A stretch of 64,000 bases of DNA, taken from positions 6,758,001 through 6,822,000 of the forward strand of contig OZ176054.1 of assembly GCA_964247055.1 (NCBI GenBank), read 5' to 3'. This stretch comes from Paragordius varius (Eukaryota; Animalia; Nematomorpha). Every line of letters starts with the position of its first letter. Position 1 is the first letter of the stretch. The translations under genes and the position numbers were made by a program. The notes beneath the pieces are model-generated. The model was not told where the DNA came from. It searched no databases and saw nothing but the letters and a program-made list of their open reading frames with translations. This document shows, piece by piece, positions 1 to 12,600 of this stretch.

Positions 1-1398
1 TTTTATTAAAATTGTGGAAAAACAGAATGTGGCTTTTAAATTTCTATTTTTATTCGGCAAGATTTGGATATTGCACGATTCTTAAGAAATAAATTATATA
101 ATTTATTATATATATATATATATATATGTTGTTAAAATAGACTGCTAAAATTAATAACAAAATATATAATGGTTTCTTTGTTTAGGATAAGTTAATTAGA
201 TACAATGGATCCCATGATAACTTAAAATGTTATATAAACATGGATTATAATCCAAATCATAACCAATTTTAAATCAAAAATTAAATTTTCATGTAAAATT
301 AGATTAGATTAAAATTTAATTAGATAACAAATAAATTTTGTTAATTTTCATTAAATAATTTTTTTATTTGATAATATATATTTTGGATAACATTGTTTTA
401 AGCTTATTACGATGATGGCTGAATACTATGCTAAAGTTAGTATTCTGTGGGATGATACAAGATATTATAGGGAAGGTTATTTCAAAAAACTGGGACTTAA
501 TTTAAAAATCGGAAACATACATAATATTAAATACTTTGACATTATCTGAAAATACATGATAAAAAAACCAATTAGCGTATCGGCGTTGTTAATAATACAG
601 ATATTAAAATATAAAATTGTTTTAAGCAGTTTAATAACGTTTTGCAAAAAATTTGTGAAATTGTAGAATAAAAAATACTGATATCCATGTGACTAAGTAA
701 ATCAAGCAAATAATTTAGATCATTGGTTGAAAGGGAAGTATAGTCTACATTTTGTAGTGTTTTGGCATAATAACCTGTATAAAACATTGATAAAATTATT
801 ACAAATGTGAATATTCCCAATACAATTTCATCATTTTAATAGAGCAATTGATTAATTAAAAAATTATTGCGAATAAAATGGTATATGCAAAGTAGTAAAT
901 ATGACAATATATTACTGTAAAAATGTATTTAAATTTATATAAAAGCATAATTCGTTGATAAAGAAATAAAAATGAAATTGGCATAAACTTATTTACCTAA
1001 ACATGAATCATAAACAAAACACATTTAAAACATTTTTATAAATTATGCTTTTTTGATTTCTATCTAATTTTGAAAAACATATAAAAATTCTTTAAAGACA
1101 CAAATTAAGTTATAAATTTTAAATATAAAAGACAATAAGACAAATATTAAAGACAACCCAATATTTTAAACCATGATTTTTAAATATAACTTATTGTTTT
1201 GAGTGTAAAAATAATAGAAACGTTAATGACAACACACTACTATTACATATTTTACATTTATTATTATAAAGAAAAAAAACAAAAAGTTTCAAAAAAGTAA
1301 AGCAATCTGTATTTACAATACCGAAAAATATTTGTCTTTTAGTTTTTACATTTTTGTCTTTATAATATTTTTTTTTGTGCAAAATCCCTCTCATTTAC

Positions 1399-4300
1399 CA
1401 ATTAAGGGTGGGATTGCTCCAACCAAAGCTCCTATCCACGTATTTAGTATACTTTTCCGTTTCCATCTGGTGTAAATACCGGCATATAGGATGGCATTTC
1501 CAGCAGCTAAAACTGTTGAAATGGGGTTACTCGTGTAAGCCATAAGCAAAGTACCAAGGGTAAAGACCGTAACTCCAAAACAAGTAGCATGTAACGGGCT
1601 AAATTAATTCATTAATTAATTACATAAAAGAAAAGTTTATTTAGAGTCTCCATAAGAAGGACTTTTGTAACGGTTTATAAAAGCTAAAACTCTCACCTGA
1701 TTCAAGGTCTGACTTGAAAAAAATCTAAACTGTAGATTTAAAACAATGATTGTTATTGCCCCAGCATAAAAATGAATAAAAACTTTTTATAAATCATCAA
1801 CACAATAAAGTTTTTCTACTGATACACTTAAAAAATGGCTTAGGTAAAAAAGCGTTTTTAACATACACACAATGCCTACCTTATTGTTGGTTGATTCGCA
1901 TTATTGTTGGCCAATTGGCAATACAGTAGCGTATAATAATTTTGTCCATAATTAATAAACAAATTTATAAATGTTGTATAATGGGAAAAATAGTTTAATT
2001 TTACATATACCATTTACAGTTTAAATTCACCCTTGAACAATTTAAATTTAACATAAAATAAATTATGTGTTTTTTAAGAAAAACTTTTTTTTATAATATT
2101 TTCTCAAAATATAAAATTCTTTCTAAAATTAATATAATGCTGAAAAAATAATAAACTATGTCGTCAAAATATATTTCATATTAATAATAATGAGTTATAT
2201 TATCCCGAAAACACATATTTATTTTTAGGGTGAATTCGAATTGTAAATGGTATATTTGTTGTTTTTAATCCATACACTACTGTATTGCCAATCGTCCAAA
2301 AATAATGTGAACTGGCCAACAATAAATTGAGTACTGCATAATACCCAAATTAATATTAGTCCCGCTTACGCGCTTAAAAATAGTACAAAAAGGTGATAAA
2401 AAATGGATTTTTACCAACAAATATCGACAAAAATAGTTGGAACAAAAGCTTTAAGTATAAACACATTGCAAATATAAGTATTAATGAAGGTGCACGCTTA
2501 TATAATCATTTAAGTATATATATATATATATATTTATATGTGCATACGTCATTAATCCTCGTACAAGAACCCTATTCTTAGTTCGTGTCATTTGAGAATC
2601 GAACGGGATCTCCAACACCTGATTTGCCGTATTGGCAGCTGTTGAAACGAGGCCAGTACCCAGAGCCGCACCCAAAAACACGCAAGGGCTAAATTGCGAG
2701 TCATTGGTAGCCATTACGTAACCCATTATTTCGGTCATAACGACCATACCTTTGTGGGTAAGAGAATAAAGAAAAATTAAAAAATGCAAAATTAAATATA
2801 CCATTTACAGTTAATTTCACCCTTAAACAATTCAAATTCACCCTCAAACAATTCATATTTACCCTAAAATAAATTATGTGTTTTTTAACATTAAAAATTA
2901 CCTATACCTTTTTTATATTTTTAAAAAATGAAATTACCTTTAAAATTAATATAATTCTGAAAAAAATAATAAACTATGCCATAAGAATATATTTCTTATT
3001 AATGATGAGTTTTATATTAGCCCAAAAACACATAATTTTTTAGGGTGAATTTAAATTGTAAATGGTATATAACTGTTTAAAAATTTATATTAAAATATTA
3101 GTTGTAATACATAAATTTCAAAAACATATTTATTTAATGATTAATTGCTAACATAAAATTTTTTGCACAATACTTTTAGTACTTAAATAGGATTCGAGCA
3201 TTCGGCTTAAACAAATAAGGATCAATCCATTGATTTTACCATTAAATATAATTAATTTTTATGTGTCAGTTGTAATAGTTTTTAATGTTTGTATATTAAC
3301 TATAATTTGCGTTATAACATTTAAATTTTGAACAAAGGCTAAAATATTTAACCAACTAATTTGAAAAAAAATTTAAATAAAGCATTTTTAACCCAGACTT
3401 TGGGTAAGAAGTTAAGATACTTTTTAAATATTATAAATATAGTAACGACGAGAGTTTGTAATGTAATGAAGTTAGAATCGTCGTAAAATAACGCAAAAAT
3501 AAAAATATAATTTATTAATTCTCAAATTTTCGCCATAGGCATCATCAGGAGATTAGTTAAGAAAAATATATATAATATAAGAAAATAAAAATTAAATTAA
3601 AAAAAAATGAATAAAATCATGGTTGATATTACTTATATAGGAAAAAAATCACAAAATAACCGTTAGTGGACAAAGGAAAGAAAGATCACAAAGAAAACCG
3701 TTGTGATGTAAAAAACCAAATGTGTATTTTTTTTTCACAAAAATTGATTGTAATGCTATAAATAAAATAATAATTTAACATGAAACAATGTAAGCGTAAA
3801 ATTATTAAAATTTAAGTAATATCTACACTATAAAATGGTTTGTCATTAAAAATTCGATAATTTTTTATAAATGATTTAGTTTCAGAATTTATAGCTTTCC
3901 TTTCTTCACGGCGATTAAGCAAACCATCTTCTCCGCTCTGTATAAAGGGTGCTTCTTTTGTTATCCTTGCGCTGTATTTTCTTTCAACGGCTAAAACGTC
4001 AATTCTGTTTGAGCATTCATGGTTGTTATCCACGCAATGCAGAAACATGGCCGAATTTTTGCTTTTCTGATGTTCCTTATATCTTACCTTTAAGTTCCGC
4101 ATCCCTCCGAAAATAACAATCGCGTAAAATTTGTTTGCTTACCCTATAGCGCTACATCAGAAAGTCTCGGGAGAATTTTGAAAAAGAAAGATAACATAAA
4201 AGTAGTTTATAAACCAACATCAAACGTTTTAAAAATGTTAAAGTCTAAGGAAGTGGAAATGGAAAAAACACGATATACAAGTTGAGATGCAAGAATTGCC

Positions 4301-6590
4301 CGGCAATTTACATAGGCCAGTCAAAGCGGAACTTAAAGGTAAGATATAAGGAACATCAGAAAAGCAAAAATTCGGTCATGTTTCTGCATTGCGTGGATAA
4401 CAACCATGAATGCTCAAACAGAATTGACGTTTTAGCCGTTGAAAGAAAATACAGCGCAAGGATAACAACAGAAGCACTCTTTATACAGAGCGCAGAAGAT
4501 GGTTTGCTGAATCGCCGTGAAGAAAGGAAAGCTATAAATTCTGAAACTAAATCATTTATAAAAAATTATCGAATTTTTAATGACAAACCATTTTATAGTG
4601 TAGATATTACTTAAATTTTAATAATTTTACGCTTACATTGTTTCATGTTAAATTATTATTTTATTTATAGCATTACAATCAATTTTTGTGAAAAAAAAAT
4701 ACACATTTGGTTTTTTACATCACAACGGTTTTCTTTGTGATCTTTCTTTCCTTTGTCCACTAACGGTTATTTTGTGATTTTTTTCCTATATAAGTAATAT
4801 CAACCATGATTTTATTCATTTTTTTTTTAATTTAATTTTTAATTTCTTATATTATATATATTTTTCTTAACTAATCTCCTGATGATGCCTATGGCGAAAA
4901 TTTGAGAATTAATAAATTATATTTTTATTTTTGCGTTATTTTACGACGATTCTAACTTCATTACATTATAAATATAGTGTAGACAAAAATGTACCCTAAA
5001 TCTTTTATGTTTTGATTTCGCACACCCTTCCATTTATTTTAATATAATGATAACGATGCCATCATAGTATGGCTAAATATTAAAATCGAACATTCAAAAC
5101 ACTTAGAATGCAGTCATTAACCGAGAAATATGACATCAAAATTCATCTTATATTATTAAATGGCTTATATAAATTTTTATATTCTGGTTTTATATGTATT
5201 CAACCTATTTTTGTTAATAATTATATTTATTAACGCTGCATTTTACCACACCGAAAAATAAAAGTTCATATGCAAAGACACTTGCATATAGGATTGGATA
5301 CGACTGCTAAAAATAACCAGTTAGAAACTATATGCTACATAATTAAAATTGATATAAATAAGGATATAAAACTTAAAGTTAATTTTTAAAAATTATTGCC
5401 AATATTCTATCGATTATATATTAATAGATATTAAATGTATTAATATTAAATTGAAGGATTCTATATTTGGTTTAGTAATTTTTTAGTGGTAATAGATTGC
5501 TTCTAAGTAGTTAAAACTGCTTTCATAGGCAGTCAGTACGATTTAAAAGTCATCCCTATTGCGGATACTTGATATTTTTGAATGGTGGAATACATTTTTA
5601 AACATACAAACCCTTTAAAAAGATATAAAATGGCTAAACAAAGAGCTTTTTGAAATCTAACCGTTTTTTGCTGTGGAATTCGAAACACCAAATGGTTAGA
5701 AATACTTTTCTAAAAAATTGCAAAATCGATGACCAAGGAAACTTCCAACGTAAAAATTCCGACTTAATTGTGGCCAAAATATATTATGGATGCAAAATCC
5801 TAAATTTACCTTTTCATAAAATATCAAAGATCTTTAAAAGCGTTGTATGAAAATATTTAGCATAATATTGACTTCCGTAAAATTACAAGTGAAAATTATT
5901 TATATTGACTACAATTAAGATAGGTTATTTTAAAGATGTGAATAAAACATAGGTATTAAACGAAAATATTATAGTTTAATTAAAACTAAAGAGTATAAAT
6001 TAAATTTTAGTAACTATCTGGGTAAAGATTTCAGTTTGGTAAATATCTATGATAAAACGCACTGTCAATACAACAAAAAATCGAGCTCAAAATAGTCATG
6101 TAAATAGTAAAATCATACAAAATATGTTTTTTTACGATCCATAAAAAGTTACTTGTCAATCGAATTTTGGCCAATTTCATATATAATTGTGGTAATTCTC
6201 GAAACGGTATAATACCAATTGTTCGAGAGTAATTAAAGTTCTGTTCGGGTGTACATACAATTTTCTCTTTATTTAGCGACGCATAAAACACCCTTAATAA
6301 ATGTTCTCTGTGAATATGGAGAGCATTTTGGTAATCAATCCATAATTGAGATCGTATAAGATTAAAAGATTGTTCGTTCAAAGCAATGCAAGGAAATTGA
6401 ACGATGCTTTTTTTGTGATTTTCTGCTTGTAATATAATTTCTTGCATTTTAACGGGTAATGGGATATCGTAATCATGTGCATCTTTTATAACCAAAGATT
6501 GTTGTGGCAAACTGCTTAAACCTAATGTCTATAACATTAATTACAGTAAAAAAACTTTTTTAATATAATATAATCTCGCATAATTGCCAT
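1399..6590 (-). CDS. COX10: Protoheme IX farnesyltransferase (heme O synthase), mitochondrial; 5' part, gene continues left of the window
   Basis: Exons are about 6545-6590 (start and first intron ambiguous; alternative ATGs at 6624 and 6633), about 6521-6153 (..LPQLYMKLAKIRLT), 2749-2548 (SMVVMT..AANTANQVLEIPFDSQMTRTKNRVLVRGLMT) and 1598-1399 (PLHA..LYAGIYTRWKRKSILNTWIGALVGAIPPLIG). GT-AG boundaries have compatible phases and the UbiA/COX10 motifs are recognisable. No further COX10 exon was found in 1-1398. Confidence 0.93.
2006..2254. mobile_element. TA-flanked MITE, family D copy 1 (in COX10 intron)
   Basis: Ends are TATACCATTTACA ... TGTAAATGGTATA with internal AATTCACCC repeats. Similar copies lie at 2797, 42947 and 43444. 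Confidence 0.85.
2797..3069. mobile_element. TA-flanked MITE, family D copy 2 (in COX10 intron)
   Basis: Same TATACCATTTAC terminal inverted repeats and internal sequence as copy 1; it sits about 47 nt from the COX10 exon acceptor at 2750. Confidence 0.85.
3516..3555 (-). ncRNA. Minimal type I hammerhead ribozyme, identical copy in the inverted PLE arm (sense to COX10 pre-mRNA)
   Basis: Exact reverse complement of 4872-4911. Confidence 0.7.
4104..4614 (+). pseudogene. Penelope RT C-terminal/linker region plus GIY-YIG endonuclease, frameshifted near 4270
   Basis: IYKLRCKNCPAIYIGQSKRNLKVRYKEH..MFLHCVDNNH..RITTEALFI..LLNRREE matches the PLE GIY-YIG pattern. The upstream frame ends in TGA at 4283-4285. 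The left arm (3812-4102, -) is a shorter inverted duplicate. Confidence 0.88.
4872..4911 (+). ncRNA. Minimal type I hammerhead ribozyme in PLE 3' UTR/pLTR
   Basis: TAATCTC-CTGATGA-T-GCC-TAT-GGC-GAAA-AT-TT-GAGAATTA has the CUGAUGA and GAAA cores, a 3-bp helix II, and helix I TAATCTC/GAGA(A)TTA. Helix III is replaced by the palindrome AATT. PLE-associated minimal hammerheads are established knowledge. Confidence 0.7.
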
Positions 6591-6693
6591 GGACTTTCGA
6601 AAATATGCCTTTGGCATTTGACATAAAATACATGCGGTTTCGACTCAAATCCCATGTGTACTCATAACTATTTGAAGTTTGGTTATTATTGAA
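6591..6693. promoter_or_regulatory. Compact bidirectional promoter region between divergent COX10 and SF3A3
   Basis: The start codons lie about 60-103 nt apart, head to head (COX10 ATG at 6590, 6624 or 6633 on -; SF3A3 ATG at 6694 on +). This is a positional inference; no motif was identified. Confidence 0.6.
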
Positions 6694-9600
6694 ATGGAGA
6701 CTATTCTTGAACAGCAACGCAGATTGCATGAGGAAAGGGAGCGTCTTTCTGATGTCATTATCAACGAATACATTGCTCCAAAAGCTAATGTAACATTTTA
6801 TTAATTAATTTTTTTAGATTAAAGATCAAATTAACAGTGATCATCGGATTAAGTTAATGCAAGATAAATATTTTAAGTCAACCCAAGAATTGAAGGATCT
6901 CTATGAAGATAAGGATGGAATGCGCTCTGATGAGTTAAAAGCAATGCATGGGCCAAGAGCATTTGGTCAATTTTATGCTAAATTAAAATCAATCAAAGAC
7001 TTTTACAAAACGCATCCGTCCGAAGTTTTGAACAATTATTATATTTTAGATTGCAATACCTATGGCTATAGAATTCCAAAACATTCTTAAAGTTTTTGAT
7101 AACCCGATAGAAAGTTTAATTATTTATATAATTGCAAGATGATGTTAATTTCACTGATGAAGAAGGCAAAGGTCGTTATTTGGATTTGAATCAAGCTTTT
7201 GATATGTATTTAAACATAAAAAATATTCAAGTTTATATAAAATATCTAATATCCAGATTATTGATTACGTTACATATTTAACCAATTTCGACAAATTCTT
7301 TGACATCCCAAAAGATTTGAAAAAGAATGAATACAAAAAGTATTTGTGATTGTAAAGTAACCTTAGATACTTGGAGTTTTTATTTAATTATTTTTCTGAA
7401 TATGTCAAGAAAGTTTATCCACTCTTGGATGTTCAACAGGTAAATTCATTTTTATTTATTATATTTTATTTTTTTTAATTTTTTCTATAATTAATTTAGG
7501 AACTCAAAAATGTCGAAACGAATTTTGATATTGAATGGAAAAGAGGAACATTTCCCGGATGGCCGGTATATTCTTTTTTATTTCGAAAATTTACTAAAAA
7601 ACAGATCTAGAGGTTTCAAAAAACTGTAAAAAATATATGTATAGGTTTTCACAAACTCATTTTAATTATTTTGAGGGATGCGATACATAACCAATTTACA
7701 GAATTTTTTACCACTGTAAGAATTTTGGTTTAAATTATAATTAATAACTATAAAATCAAATTAAGAATAAAATTGATTGGATTCCGGCACATGACCTTAT
7801 GAAGCGGTTATTAATTATTTAACAAATTATTAAAAAAATATGTTTGCTATTTAATATGCTATAATTGCGTAATGTTGTGTTTTATGTTATTACTATATTT
7901 TTTGTTTGGTTCTTGAAACTAAATGTTGTTCAATACTATGTATTTTGCGATCGAGGGATTATTAATTTGGTTGTTATTTAACCCATTTTTATACGATTCA
8001 TAATGGCCTTTTTTGAGCATAAACGGTATCAACAATGTAGGTAAAATTTCTTGCTTTTTATATCATGTATTAGGGTAGGATTCAGCTTTTATAAGTGGAT
8101 GTATCTTAACTGTTTGGTTAAGACAAAGCATATATAAATATTATTTTGAAAACTTCCTACAATCCTGAGGCTAGTTTATGTGACCATTGTTGATATTTGT
8201 TAGTATAAGGCAGTTTCTCTATTAAGTAGTTATATGGAAATAACTCTTTTTGACAATATAACTTTTTTTAACGAAACTCAACCTTTTTCTAATTAGAGTC
8301 AGACTATAAATCGCTTTTCATTGCTTAATATTTGTCAAGAAAATTAATTTACATATTATAGTTTTTAATTAATATGTTTGCAAAATTAATATAAATATAT
8401 ATATTTGATATAGAAAAGTAATGTTGATGAAAAGCAAATGTTATATGATATGGGCATTGATTTGAACGCTTTTAGTTCACCTGAGGTATTTATTTTTTAT
8501 GTTTATTTTACACATTTCCAAAAAATAGTTATTTTAAATTATCTCTTATTTGTGCTCTTTAGGAATTGGCTTCTTTAGGATTAGATCGGTTGAAGGACGC
8601 ACTTAAAGCGCTCAGCCTAAAATGTGGAGGGTAAAATATTATTTGTATAGAAAAAATTGATATAATTCGTTTTATTACAATGGATTAAATAAAAGAAAAT
8701 TAGTAGTAAAGAAATGAAAATTAGTGAAAATAAAAAAGAAACAAAGGGCCATGGTGCACAAGTAAGCATTACCATGCCCATCAAATAATAATTATTTTTT
8801 ATTATTAGTGAAACAAAAGGAAAGTAAGGGCATTTATTGAGTAATTATTACCATATTACTACATAATACTTTTTCACTTCATTAGTATAAAAAATAATTA
8901 TTATTTTATGGTCATGGTAATGCTTATTCGTGCACCATGGCCCTTGGTTTCTTTTTTTCTTTTCACTAATATACATTTCTTTGCTCTTAATATTAATTTC
9001 TTTACTACAAATATTCTTTTATTAAATCCACTCTGTATATTGTTGAATATTGATTATATATGTATTAGGACGCTGGATGAAAGAGCACGACGGTTATTTA
9101 ACGTTAAACTCACAAGCTTGAAGAGTACTGCTTCCAGTACATTAGCTAACACTTCAATAAACACTTTTGCATTGTAATTTTTTTTATTTTAAATTAAAAC
9201 ATAACTGTTAATTGTGTAATGTATTGGTATATTAATTTGAACAAACGAATACTTTACGTATCATCGTATCTAATTTTAATTGTTTCTAAAGAATTTATTT
9301 TGAATGTTTCTATTTCATCATAATTTATATAAACAAAGTTTACGTCTAAGTATCATGTAATTTATTGTCTATATTCGTTTTTTACATATTTCCCATAACT
9401 ACATAATTTAAGTTTAGTAAATATATTCAGTTTAATTTTATATACACCTTTTTACTTTGATTATCTATAGAAACAAAGAAAGAGACCATGAAATCGCTTG
9501 TTTGGAAGCTAAGCTGTATTATTTTGTCGAATTATTTGGGGTAATTTATTTTATTACCTCTTATTTTGATAAAAAAATTATATATAATTTTGAAATATTG

Positions 9601-12600
9601 ATATGTTTTTTCTGTATATACTAATATATTTCTTGTTTTATAAGTCTTAAATCTTTATGTAGTGTAAATGCTGAGCTTTCAGAATGAAAAAGGTAGATAC
9701 TGATATTAGGGAGGTGTTTGGCGCATAGTTTTTACATTTATTTCTCATATATTGCACTTTGCTCCTCAATTTTTTCTACTGTAAAAACCTAATTTTCACT
9801 TTAAATTTGAATCTACAAACCGATCTCATATTTTTATGGTTAATTTTGTATTTTACGAAAACTTAAAATTATGTGATTGCTTAAATTAGTTTCTTGGGTT
9901 TTTCTTAATATATTATGTGACCCCCATCTGATTTTCAAAACTGGTAAATTTTTCTATCCAAAAATTAAAAAACTTCATTTATGAATCTTAATTTGACACA
10001 CTATGTATGTGTGTACAGGAACAAAAAATGGCAACGAAAGATAACGTTCAACGCAAACAGGCTATGGGAATTGCCGAATATTTGGAAGATCAAGAAAACG
10101 CTCTTTCAGACAACGAGGAATCCAATGATTTAGATGAATATTTGATGGGCGCTCAGGATGATATACCTTACAATCCCAAAAATTTACCCCTTGATTGGGA
10201 TGGAAAAGTAAATAAATTTATAAAATAGTTTTTGTTTGAGAAGGCCCCCTCAAAATCTGATCAAATCAATTAGGTTTTGAGTCGCATTAATTTTTAAAAT
10301 GTTTAATTTGAAAAATGTTTCGATAATAGCTGCAACCGTTTTAAGTCAAAGGATCGCCTATTTTTCAAATTCACAACAATATAAACATTCAAAAAAATTT
10401 GGTTTACTTAGAATCCGTATATATTTTTATGAAATCTCTTAACTATTTTGTAAAAAACTGCCATTTTGTTTTTATACTACTATATATTTAGTTTTTTTAA
10501 TTTATACTGTATGGTTAGGGTTGTTTAATATGGGGTTAAATAACTCTTAACATTATATTTTATCCTTAATATTTAACAACCCTAATTTATACAAAAAATT
10601 ATATTTTTAATCTAATCCAAATTGACAGCTTTCTCTTTAATTTGCAGTTTTATATAATTACGTATCTAACGTCTTATCTTTATAAATTTTACTATTTATT
10701 TTTTATATTATATTTTTTAACAAAACACTGTGTAAAATTTTCATCCTGCATTATTTTGTTTGATAATTGTTTAGCCCATACCATATTGGTTGTACAAATT
10801 GCATGGATTGAACATAAATTATAATTGTGAAATTTGTGGGAACCATGTATACCGTGGTCCAAAGGCCTTTCAGCTCCATTTCTCGGTAATTTAAATTATT
10901 TATATTAATTTTTTTGTCTGCTACAATATTAGAGATCATATGTTATTTGGAATATGATAGAAGACGGGTTAACTATTAATCATATAACATTTATTATGAA
11001 TTATAATTAACATAAACAGCTTTACAATTCATCATAAAGCAACGTGCATCATTAACTTAAGTTACAATTAATACTATAAAATAAGTGTATAATTAGTGCT
11101 CCAATTGGTACAATTGGTGCCTTTCTTTAAACATATTAGATTTCAATACATCACTTGTAACCTGTGATTAATATTTATTGGGTGGATGTCGGATTCGGTT
11201 TGGGTATCTCCTTTCTATGGGGATTTCGGTGGTTCACATACTGGTTTAGAAAGTTGGGGCGTTATGATTAGGACACAAGTTGTAATGTAGGGTATCTTTC
11301 ATAGAGGTCTTGCGACGGTGATGTTCATTTTAATTTTCTATTCTTGCTTCTTCCTTTGGTCTCAGTTCGGCGTTTTAAGATAACTTCGCTCTAATCTTGT
11401 GTTTCCTATGCGCCATGTCTTTTGTTTACAATTTCTTTTCGCCTACCACTAACTAGTTCCTTTTTTACAATATTTTTTATTCACGGTGCTCGTGATTCGG
11501 GTAAACATATTCCAAAAAGTCTTGTTTGTTTCTATTTCAACCATGTGATTGGGTAACAGGGGTATACGTTTTAGGAAAATTAGTGCGTGACAGGTGCTTT
11601 GGAACTGTGGATGTTAATATTTCTAAGCGTGTCGTTTGTTTAGCCCAAGCTTCTCCTGACGATAATGGTTTTTAAAGGTGTGTATTACTCGTTTGACCAT
11701 TCTGTTCGTTTTAGGGAGATACGATGTTGATGTTACATAATTGATGTTTCCCCTTTCCAATTTTTTTTTATCAGATGAAAAATATAACGTGTTGTCGCTT
11801 ATTATTACTTTCGGACATTTATATTGAATGAAACATTCGTCTAGGAGATTGAAGATAATTTTGTTAGATATCATTCTTGATAGTTTGACCTTGACCAATC
11901 GTTAGCTGTTGTCTATCGGTGCAACTGTTCACAGATTGCTGTGTTAGTGTTTCAATTGTACATGGGATTTAATTTTTGCATTGGTCGGTTTTCTTGAGAG
12001 CTTTTACAAGCCTGAGTATTAATTTAAATATCCTAAGGTTACGGACGGATGGAAAACTTTTACTTTGCTTTTACGTTGGACCTGCTTCGTCGAGGCCTTT
12101 AAACACCATTTCGAAGTTTGTTTTATGTTTATGGTTTGCCCTCGTTTTTATATCGTCTAAATACCCGGCTGTTCCGGGCATTGCCTTGAAATTTATCTAT
12201 TGATATTTTAAAAATACAGAGTGTGCTTGTTAAACTATATTTTGTATGTGGAGTGCCGGGGCTGTGACTTTCTTGATCTATAGGCATTTGTAATTAGACA
12301 TCTTTTAAATCAATCACAGAAAATGATTTCATCAATTCTATTTAGGAAAGTAATTCATTGAATGTCGGTATGTTGTGGCTATTATCTACGAGATGTGATG
12401 TATTATAATAATCTGCACATAACCTTAAGTCGCTCTGGCGTGTTTTACAAACAATAGGGATGAACCGGGCTAGTTACTCCCAGGGTTCGTTTTAGTTTTT
12501 CTGTGTCATGGATTCGGGAATTCACTTACCCAATCCGCCCAAATATTGTAGAAGCTGAATCAATTTGTTCTCCTGCTTTCGAATCGATCATACAATTGTC

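Larger units (their letters stand above)
3442..4968. mobile_element. Penelope-like retroelement (EN+), 5'-truncated, with an inverted copy of its 3' end
   Basis: Arms 3459-4100 and 4326-4968 are near-perfect reverse complements. The spacer and right arm encode PLE-type KFVCLPYSATSESLGRILKK..VVYKP followed by a GIY-YIG domain. A 14-bp direct repeat ATTATAAATATAGT at 3430-3443 and 4965-4978 is the probable TSD. Confidence 0.9.

Noticed and set aside
181-820. 82-aa ORF (572-820, -) and short open segments at about 186-272 and 412-549 (+)
   Set aside because: No recognisable homology and no consistent splice model. They would lie inside a COX10 intron. They cannot be excluded but are not supportable.
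4270-4290. TGA at the PLE linker/GIY-YIG junction as a possible selenocysteine (Naiad-type PLE)
   Set aside because: The TGA is in a different frame from the GIY-YIG domain and readthrough gives another stop, so a frameshift or deletion explains it. No SECIS was recognised.
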